DNA from: Azolla caroliniana
Taxonomy: Eukaryota > Plantae > Polypodiophyta
Direction: 5' to 3'
NCBI GenBank assembly: GCA_043228905.1
Contig: JBHGNT010000002.1
Coordinates: 434,001-498,000, forward strand
DNA: 64,000 bases
The notes below the pieces were generated by a model. The model searched no databases, was not told the origin of the DNA, and was given only the letters and a program-made list of their open reading frames with translations. This document shows, piece by piece, positions 52,154 to 61,969 of the stretch (positions are counted from its first letter, which is position 1; the number at the start of each line of letters is the position of its first letter). A program made the position numbers and the translations under genes.

Positions 52154-52443
52154 TGATGCGAAAGATATATGTATTATATGACGGAAGATATACAACAGTA
52201 GTTAGAAGGCTTAAGACTGGCGTTGAACCGATTTGGTTCGAACTAATGCCTTGCGCCTCCTTTTATAGTGTCTTCAGGAATACTCCTGAAGTTTCTAGAA
52301 TGTTCCAGAGAAATCTGGAATATACATCAATTTCCCAATAAAACCTAAATGAAAATAATATCCTTCAAATTACAATTCATATCCTAATGGTAAAGTCTCG
52401 ACCCGTGTAACAAAAGGTTATGGGTTCGAGTCTAGTTATGACA
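51989..52443 (-). repeat. 5' LTR (455 bp) with TATA box
   Basis: TATAAAA on the minus strand at 52267-52261. Confidence 0.97.
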
Positions 52444-55289
52444 ATGACTTGGATTCGTCTACATCCGAAGACTATGAGTCGGCTTCATTCGAAGAAGAGG
52501 CGGAGGAGGTTGATCCCTTCATGTATTGTTCGGCGAGGTATATTGCGTTCACTAGAGGTATGTACGATTTAATGCTTAAAGATTTATTAGGTCAAGTTAA
52601 GGTAACATTTGAAATATTAAGCACACTCGCAAGGGGGGCACCTCTTAATTTACATGCATGGAGGCGCATGAAGAGTCGTCTCACGCTTATGAATGAGAAT
52701 GCAATACACCTTAAGGCATCGCCTCATCTTCAGATTACGCACGTAGAGAAATGGAGGGAGATAGTATTGGCGTCACATTGTGGCGCATCGCACCGTTCTT
52801 TGACAGGTACTCTGACAGAATTAAAGAGAAATTGGTCCAATGACCTTCGTGACTATGGGATCCCTAGTGCGTATGTGAAAGCAGTGATTGACCAATGCGG
52901 TTGTCAAGTTGTGTCGAGGTTAACTCCATCTGACATGGAGGGGACAAGTGTCGTGAAATATAAAAAGTCTAGACCCATAGAAGTGATCAAGATAGAGGCA
53001 CATAGGGTTGATGATATGTTGATAGATGTTCAATTGAGGTATCACACACGCTTTCGTACAGGGGTCACAAGGGGTGCACATGTGACTAGGTATAATTGTC
53101 ACCGATCCGGTGTGGCCAACAAGCAATATCCATGCACTCGACGTAGAAAGCATTCATCTCGATGTGGGTGTACTTTTCATGTGAATGCTCGAATGAATGG
53201 CGGGGTTGACCATGGGACAGTGACCCTTTCAATATATGGACCTCATACGGGTCATGTACCGGGAAGTAGACCAGATGCATACTATTTGCCAGTGGCCCCA
53301 AATGTTATAAGTTGTTGTAGAGATGACCTTTTTGATGTTGGTTGCGCACGACACGTGGCACGGATGAGCATGCGTAAGGAAGCATATCATAAGTCCAAGG
53401 CTAGTCCATTAGACCTTGTGAGTTATAGGTTCTTTATGATACCAAAGGAGGTCAATAACATGGCCAACAAGTTAAAAATCGGGAGTGCCATGTCAGGGGT
53501 TGATTGGTCTTTGATGATGCAAGATGCCTATGCCCTCCGAGATCTTGGGAAGGTGGCTCATGTCCAACCCTACTTGCCTGGTGAATATGGATCTCCCGCA
53601 AGGCAACCGTTCATCTTGGTGCTCCAAGATGAATGGATGTTAGAGATGTGTGAGCGACTGTCGATAAACAACTCTTGGGCAATCGACTCCACGTTTAAAA
53701 CAAACCAATTTGGCTTGCCATTATATGCAGCTGTGGCTCCAAATGCCATGGGAGTTGGTATCCCATTATGGTACATGATATGTAGTTCTGATAAGGGGTC
53801 TAACCATGAGCAAGTAGCTTTAGAAACTTGCTTGAGAGTCATATTTGCACGGATGCCCAATGTGAGGCCAAATGCCATAGTCATTGATAAAAGTTGGACA
53901 TCGTATAATGCCATAAGTAATGTGGTTGCAACAGACCGATTATCTTGGATAGTTACAAATGGGCAAAGGTCGCAAACACATTGTCGACTTTTGTTGTGTC
54001 ACTTCCATGCAAAAAAAGCATGGTTGGACAACTTGTTGCCAAAGGTAAGTGCAAGTGAGAGAAACCACCTTTATAATCGGATGTGCCAACTCATGCAATG
54101 CATTACGGAATCCACATTCAATGCCCAATGTGAGGACTTAAAGGTAGAATATGCAAACAAGCCAGGTGTTTGGCAATATATAGAAGGAGGATGGTGTGGC
54201 TTGACATGTGTGTGGAGGAAACTGTGGCCCAAATTTGGTAGAATGTTCAACTACGGACATGTTGACACTACCAATCTTGTGGAGAGACATTGGCAGTTTA
54301 TCAAATATACTGCCTTAAGAGGGAGGATAAACCGATCAATTACCGATCTTGTGCATGTTTTAATCGGGGACAGTCAAACTGGCACTTGCATCGGGGGTAT
54401 TGTTATTGAATGGTACAAGCAACGACAAGAAATATGTGAGAGTGGTAGATTTGCACCACGTGCAAATTGTAGGGATCAAACAACTAGACTTAAAGAGGCC
54501 GAAAGGCTACTAGAGAGGTATGAAACTAATAATGCGACAATGCATATTGTGGACGAGCCTCGATATTGGTTTAAAATATTGAGCTTGACAAAACCGGATG
54601 TATGGTATAATGTATTGCTCCAATGTTCATATTGTGATTGCCACGACCCTGCGAGTAAATGTAAGCATATACTTGGCATCAGGATGATTATTGAGAGGCA
54701 CATGCCACATCTATGTGGGTCATTGCCTTTTATAGATCATGCAACCTATATGCGCAATGACCATTTCACAGAGACGGAAATGGAGACAGAGGTAGAACCA
54801 GTCGAGGAGGCAAACCCTATAACATCACGAGTGGAGGAATGTTTGTCGAAATTACAAACGCTTGAGGGGGCTATTCAATGTTTTAAGCAAGGGTTACAAT
54901 CCCTCGACTGTGCAGCAATTTTGGCATGTATGGAGTCCATTCAAGAAACAAGTGAGACATTGGTGTATCACACAGGTGCACCGAACCAACTAACGAAGAA
55001 GACCGTGGATCCATAGGGCGTAAGCAAGCAATTGGTGCAAAAAGGGGAGCATCAATCAACATTTCACAAGATCTTATTGGCAGCTCCCCAAACACTTCCA
55101 AGGCTCACACAGGAAAAATGCAAAGAGGCGCAAGTCGAGCTAGGAGGCGGTTGCCAATATGTGCGACAGATAAAATGCGATGCTTGCATTGCGATGCCTT
55201 GACCTTTAGATCAAGGGACTCAAATGTTGATTGTTGCAAGAATTGTGGTCGCATCTTGCCATCATCTCCGGATGAGCCATAAATGTTTG

Positions 55290-55563
55290 GTAACTTTCAA
55301 CTTTTATGTTTTGCCAGGATTATTTGTTTTAACAGAAGTATGGTAAAGATCGTCGGTTTTAAGTAATTTAAGGTTGAATTTTGTGACTATTTGATATGTT
55401 ATTGTAAGTTTACATTCTTCGTTTTATGTTTTAAATGTTTTTTAACTTTCAACTTTTATGTTTTAATATGATTATTTGTTTTAACATAAGTATGGTAAAG
55501 ATCGTCGGTTTTAAGTATTTTAAGGTTGAATTTTGTGACTATTTGATATGTTATTGTAAGTTT
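55290..55563. repeat. ~150-bp tandem duplication downstream of the transposase
   Basis: Two copies of 'taactttcaacttttatgtttt...tatggtaaagatcgtcggttttaagta.tttaaggttgaattttgtgactatttgatatgttattgtaagttt'. Confidence 0.85.
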
Positions 55564-55611
55564 TAAGGGTAATTAACAAGCTTATTTGAAGATTTTGGTT
55601 GGAATGATACA

Positions 55612-55858
55612 TTTGGTTGGGCGACCTGCAACGGTTGGGAGACCAATCGGTTGGGCAACCTGTAACTGTCAGGGTTGGGTGACCTAAAACGGTTGGGCAA
55701 CTTGCAACAGTCATAGTTGGGTGACCAATTTCGGTTGGGCGACCAACGACTCAGAGTTGGGTGACCTCTGACAGGGTTGGGTGACCATCGACTCAGAGTT
55801 GGGTGACCTCTGACAGGGTTGGGTGACCATCGACTCAGAGTTGGGCGACCTCTGACAA
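55612..55858. repeat. Right subterminal array of GTTGGG(T/C)GACC motifs
   Basis: About 12 copies, including 42-bp tandem units; reverse complement of the left-end motif. Confidence 0.9.
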
Positions 55859-57291
55859 CTTTTTTTTTCACGCGCTCTTCCTTATCGAAATCTGACGGTG
55901 CAGATCGCACGCACCTTCCTCTAGGCGACCTGCACCGTCTGTGGCCGCGATTCCCTCACCAGCCCTCTTTATGATTTGGTGCAGGATAGCAACGAGCTGT
56001 ATACATACATACATACGTGTCAGTATGTATAATGTATGTATGCATACTGTAAGTATTATAAATTTATGTATATCATATATGTATAGTATACTATGCCCCT
56101 AAAAAGCTTTTCACAAATCTACTCGAGTTTCATCTCATGGAAATTAATTACACTAGACGACATGCGGCACCCTCCCCTCCCCTTCTACATTCAACAAGCC
56201 AACAAGCCAACAAGCCATGTAGTTAGTGAAAAGCCCCCACTAGGATGGCCTTATTTTTACTCTATGTATGCATGTATGTATGTATGTAGGTATGTATTGG
56301 AACATCACTAACACATATAGGAGAGGTCCTCATTAACTCGTGCATGATCCTCCTCCTCCATGTAAAAAAACATGGCTACATAATATGTTGCATACACTCT
56401 AGTCTATAATTAGAGCTAATTTTTATACGGATGCAAGTTTTCAATTGTTTTACCGGTTTTCTGCATTGAGAGTTAACTAATCATATCTGCCAAGGCTATA
56501 GAGGATCATGAACCTCTCATAAAACAAGGAAATAATCCATGGAAATATGTGAAAGATTAGTAAGAGATTATATATATATGATAATAAATCTGTAAGAATA
56601 ACACTATAGCATAGGGACATGAGATAGATGCCTACAAGACTCATGATTGGTGTTGAACTAGAATGGTTCGACCACATCAAGGTGGCTTTCTCTATGTATG
56701 TACAAGTCATGACATCTAGTTTGAAGGTCGTTCCTCATCAAAGGATGCAAACCTTCCAGAAGAAAGAGCTAATGGGTGTTTTTGGCAAAGGTGTATGTCT
56801 AGCGTCATAGAAATAGTACCTTCTCCATCATCCGTTTGATGACTATCTTGGTAAGTAGAGTATAATACCTCTATGGTTGTCACCGGCCAACAACTCAACC
56901 TTGGTTTATCACAACCCACCAATCCCACAAGGTACAATTGTATCATCGTGTTGCATCTCTGGTCTTATGGTATTGTGACATGCATATGAGAGGGGGGTAC
57001 TCATTGGACCCCATGAGTGGGTGATTAAGGAGAATTGACACGAGTGCCATGAATCATTTAGGGTACTATCGGGTGGGTAGACATCGTCGGGCTTCCTACC
57101 CATTACATTTTTCTATCGGAGAAATACCAATATTACCACTAGAATGGTCTGGAATGTTGACGAAAAAAGTCATCCACATTTCAAAATACGGTCCTCATTT
57201 CCTAACTCAATCCGCATATTACAGAAACACAAGCGTACTTACTTTCATACATTATATAGATACATACATACATACACACACACATACATAT

Positions 57292-59889
57292 GGCTCGTTT
57301 CTATTTGCAACTAAAGCACACACCTAAAACCCAACCCGGGTTTGACGAACCTCTGTCACATCTAACCCGGGTCTGACAAGCCTCTGTCACACCTAACCCA
57401 GGTCGGACAAGCTATTTTGTAACACCTAAACCTAACCTGGATACATGAACCTAACCCGTTGCATGCACCTAACCTAGGTACCCAATTAAATTTTTTGAAG
57501 AGATCATTGTTTAAAAAAGATGCTAAGATTACTCAAAAATATCAAAAACGTTTTTTAAAATACAAAATTGCACGATTTTACATATAAAAATCACACGATG
57601 TAATGTAATAAAAAACTATGAGATCAAGGCTCTTGTTCAAAGGATGGCAAGATACACCCACAATTTTTGCAGCAATTTGCATTGGAGTCTATTGAAATCA
57701 ATGTCAAACCATCACAATGCAAACATCGAACCTTCTCAGTGTCACATATTGTAAAGTTCTAATGGAGTAGCCTTGGACTTGTGATATGATTCTTTTTGCA
57801 TGCTCATCCGTGCAACATGCCTTGCACAACCAACATAAAAATGTTCATCTTTACAACATTCTATTACATTAGGATGGACCGGCAAGTGGTACACATCAAG
57901 TCTCATTCCTGGGACATGACTTGAATGGCATCCGTATACATAAATGCTCATGATCCCATGTTTATCCCCTTCATTCACTCTTATATTTAAATGAAAACTA
58001 CATCCAGAACGCTTTGAACCCTTGTGCAAGTGAGAGCATCCGACCACTTGTCGAGGCACACCTACACGATGACATTAGGTCTTGTTCCTGGGACATGACT
58101 TGAATGGCATTCGTATACATAAATGCTCATGATCCCATGTTTATCCCCTTCATTCACTCTTATATTCAAATGAAAACTACATCCAGAACGCTTTGAACCC
58201 TTGTGCAAGCGAGAGCATCTGACCACTCGTCGAGGCACACCTGCGCGATGACAATCATATCTAGTCACATGCTTGCCTTTTGGGAGTCCTCTCTGCAAGC
58301 ATGTATGATACTTGATTTGAATCTCCGCCAGAGTATCATCTAACTTACTAGCTTCTACCTCTATCACTTTTGTGGGCGTTGTAGTCTTATCATATTTATT
58401 TACACTTGTGCCTAACATATGAATAGAATTCACCCTTTGTATTATCTGACATCCACATTAGCCAATTAGTGCTTGTACGTATGAACTAGTTATTCCATGA
58501 TTGTGAAGATCCATGGCCCAATGTTTCTTCAACTCTTTAAGAGTTTGTAAGAGTGGGTAATGGGATGTCCCCCCATGTGTGTGCATTATGATGGACCGAC
58601 ATTGCTCTACATATGATACCCTTAGATGTGGCGACAACTTTGAGTAGAGTTCACACTCATTTTTTAGCATGAGTCGAGTCTTCATGCACCTCCATGCTAC
58701 GATTGTGAGAGGTGCACCCTTTGCGGTCTCTTTTAAAGATTCTATCGTAACCTTTATATCAATCTTTAACCATTAAGTTATACGTACCTTCATTAAATGT
58801 AAAATACCTTGGCGAACAAAACATGAAGGGATCCAAGTCGTCCTTGATGTCGACATCGTCGAACCCTTGACCATCAATTGATTCGTTCGAAATTTCTGAA
58901 TCTGAGAACTAATCCTCCAATTTGAATTCTGACTCAAATAGAAATTGTGTTTCATCCACTAACCCACATGAATCATCCATGATCACAAGTTTGAAATGAG
59001 AGCAAAGTGTTAAAAAGAACAATGTGTAATTGAGTGCAATATGAGAATGAGAGTAGTATGATAATGTGGAGCAATATGATAATGAGGGTGATAATATGAT
59101 CCTAATCAGAGCAATGATAATCGTCTAATTCGTTTCATGTGATTATGGTAGCTCTTCAATTAACGAATACCATATTGATGATACCGATGGAAGAACCTTG
59201 AATCAAACATACAAAGCTCATTCTGAAAGCAATTAAAGAATTGCGACATGAAATGTCTTATATTTAAAACAATCGGCGCAAGAAGCCACAAACGACAAAG
59301 CTCATAATGAAGCAAAAGATATAGAACCATGCAACTTAGAAAGCTCATATCCGAGAATAGGTTATGAGAAGCCATACACAACATATTGATAAATCACATG
59401 ATGAGACTCAACATATGTTTCTTAAATCCCAAAACAAAGATAAATATAGACGGCGTGGTGGAAGAAAGTAGTTACCAGGCCCGGGTACCCAGTAGCTATT
59501 CTAATGCAGGTGAGGTGCGGGTGTAGGTTTTTGTTCTAATGCACGTGTAGCAGGTTTCAAAATTTCAAAAGTTGGGGAAAATGAATTTATGCAAGGTTTT
59601 AATCATGTTGAAGTTGTGACCTAACCCTTAATAATGTTGAAGTTGTGTCGGGGTTAGGAGCTGAACCCGGGTTAGGATTATAGGATTACAAGGCCGGGGT
59701 TAGGTGAAAGGACTCCGGGTTAGGCTTAGATAATTACATTGCCCGGGTTAGGTTTTAAGCACACGCTTTTTATAGATGGAGATCGAACAGTGCAGATCGC
59801 ACGCGCCATTCGAAACATGTTCTGCACCGTCCGTGTCCGAGATTTCCTCACCAAGCCTAATTATTATTTGGTAGCAAATAGAAACGTCG
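57292..59889 (-). mobile_element. Internally deleted, non-autonomous MULE related to the 42148-55997 element
   Basis: The end at 59889 (minus strand CGACGTTTCTATTTGCTACCAAATAATAATTAGGCTTGGTGAGGAAATCTCGGACACGGACGGTGCAG) resembles the first element's left TIR. The other end reads GGCTCGTTTCTATTTGC at 57292. Candidate 9-bp TSD CATACATAT at 57283-57291 and 59890-59898. AACCCGGG subterminal repeats. Broken ORFs 57624-58955 are homologous to the transposase N-terminus and C-terminal zinc ribbon. Confidence 0.88.
57903..58242. repeat. ~179-bp-period tandem duplication inside the second MULE's transposase remnant
   Basis: 'LHKGSKRSGCSFHLNIRVNEGDKHGIMSIYVY.CHSSHVPG' occurs in both ORF 57742-58059 and ORF 58062-58433. 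Confidence 0.9.
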
Positions 59890-61969
59890 CATACATATAC
59901 ATACATACATACATATATATATACACATACATACATACATACATACATACATACATACATCATAATAGATACTAAATATGTACACAAACTCACACATATA
60001 ATGACTGTCTGTGTGTGCATGTACATACATATTGATTTCATCTCATTAATTAGCGGTGGTTGTGGGGGTTTAAGCTTATTACTACCACTACTGTTTATTT
60101 GTCGGGATTAATTTGCGACTTCAGTAGTCAGTCCTCAATACATAGTAAGTAATATTAGTACGTGCCTTTGATTGATCTGTTGTGTATGTGTGTGTTGACC
60201 ATATCCTAAATGCTTTAAAAAAAGGCAATCGCATCACATTTCTTAATCCTGAATTAAATGATGAAAGTGAAAATTCAGGTATTCACAGACTCGGGATATT
60301 TTGCAGCTATTTGCTATACTATAATTAGTTGATTCAACCAGATGTTATGGTGATGATTCATTCCTTAACCGGTTAATAACGTGATTTCTGTAAATAGATC
60401 ATTGCTGATTGAATCAATCTACACTAGAGCTGGATCTAATGATCTGTCAAAGTATAGATTGACGTTGCTTATTTAATGATTATCTCGTTTATAATTTGAT
60501 TGTTTGTTTATTCATTTTAAATCAAATTTTTGAACACCTGCACACACACATTTATATATGGTGTTCATTAATCTATGCTGGTCTTGGGCGTAGTTATGAC
60601 AGCATATGTGTACATCTCGATCCCAGGCGTGTTCGTTTGGGTTTTGAGTTGCATATGTTGTTACTACCTGGGCCGACATGCTGCTCATCGGAGTACAAGG
60701 TCCACATCCGTCAATGCAAATGTTAATCGGGGGCCTCCATGCAAATTTCCAAATCCCTCAATGCCACAAAACGCCAACCCCACATTGGTATGATGTGATG
60801 AAGATATATATTATCTTATACCCCATGTAAGTGTTTAATTTATATGCTCAGTAGGACAATTATGCTGTATATTATTGTGCGTGTAATAGCCCAGCCACAA
60901 CTTTACCATCATATAATTTGTGTGGTTATGGCGAGGAAATGTAATTCCTAATGTAATTCCTTCGCAAATGAGTTGTGAGTTGTGGCAGCTTCATTAATGC
61001 CATGTCAAAAAGAAGTTAGGATGGTGACTCCCCTTTATCAATCTATGTCTTTTTCATGCATGAAGTTATGATATTCTTCTAGAATCCAAATTTCTTCATG
61101 GGTTATATGAAATGTGTCCTTTTGAGGTTCTTATTTCTGAGTGTTTTTTAGGTTCTAAATTCTTATGTTCTCTACTATTACTTCATTTAATAATTACTAT
61201 GGCTTAACTTTTGTCATGATATGGAATGTCACATTGTCTTTACAAACCTGGTGATTCTGTGATCACCTTGGCTGGTACTTTCATCATTCCAGCATTGTGG
61301 TGATTCTTCATGCATATAATTTATATAGCTTAACTAATGATTACTCGTATAGGCAATCTTCGTGGCTTGAACTTTTCACAATTGATGATGATTATTTCAC
61401 ACATAATTATCTTTGGTTAAAGGTTCCTCATACACAATCTTCCGGCTAAAATATTTCACAATTAATAATGTATTGTAGCATAACTGTAATCTGGATATCT
61501 TCCTATACACAATCTTACAAGTGCCTCTTTTGGGATTCAATATACAACATCAATATACACTTGCCTAACATGTACAGACCCTAGGTTTTCTTTTTGCCAT
61601 TCCCCTACACAAAACCTTCAATAGCACTCAATCGTCATTGGCATCTTCATGCTATTGTCCCTTAAAACTTTTGTTTGAGGATTATGCTAAGGTTCGAGTC
61701 CCAACGCATAGCACTTCTATTCCATGAACCTTGTTTTCTGGTGAAGCAGGGTACAAAAAAGCATCAGAAGTGCTGCAGATTTCTTATGGAACAAAGATCT
61801 CAATCAGTGTGCCAACCTAACCAAGACTGTAATTACATGGTTTATTCTTCTCTCAAAGCCAAAGCACATCTGCTCGTTGCAGCTGGCAGATAAATATTAT
61901 CCATACCAATGTATGCAACACTGCATGTACTCTTAACCAAGAGAATTTTGGTATGCCTAATTTTATGCT

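Larger units (their letters stand above)
46701..52443 (-). mobile_element. Intact Ty3/Gypsy chromovirus (Tcn1/Tf1-sushi-like) LTR retrotransposon
   Basis: 455-bp TG...CA LTRs at 46701-47155 and 51989-52443. 5-bp TSD ATGAC at 46696-46700 and 52444-52448. PPT AAAGGGGGGATAG next to the 3' LTR. Intact gag and pol. Confidence 0.98.
46611..55282 (+). pseudogene. MULE DDE transposase, interrupted by the Gypsy insertion after codon 30, with an out-of-frame C-terminal zinc ribbon
   Basis: ATG 46611-46700 (MNPNEIDL...TIDDD) continues in frame at 52449 once the retroelement and one TSD are removed. Motifs: WRKY-GCM1-like YNCHRSG...RCGC...HTGH; IDSTFKTN, IVIDKS, LCHFH and TTNLVERHW (D-D-CxxH-E); SWIM CDC-x6-CKH. 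ORF stops at 55016; the -1 frame runs on to 55282 with CLHC...CKNC. Confidence 0.9.
42148..55997 (+). mobile_element. Mutator-like DNA transposon (MULE), 13.85 kb including a nested Gypsy element
   Basis: About 150-bp imperfect TIRs (caaatcataaagagg.ctggtgagggaatcgcggccacagacggtgcaggtcgc...) at 42148-~42305 and ~55840-55997. 9-bp TSD TGTATACAT at 42139-42147 and 55998-56006. MULE transposase inside. Confidence 0.93.

Noticed and set aside
55563-55910. 115-aa ORF with RGHPTLSRWSPNPV repeats
   Set aside because: Translation of the 42-bp subterminal repeats of the MULE.
56300-57240. Short ORFs between the two MULEs
   Set aside because: No recognisable motifs or termini; probably unclassified repeat debris.
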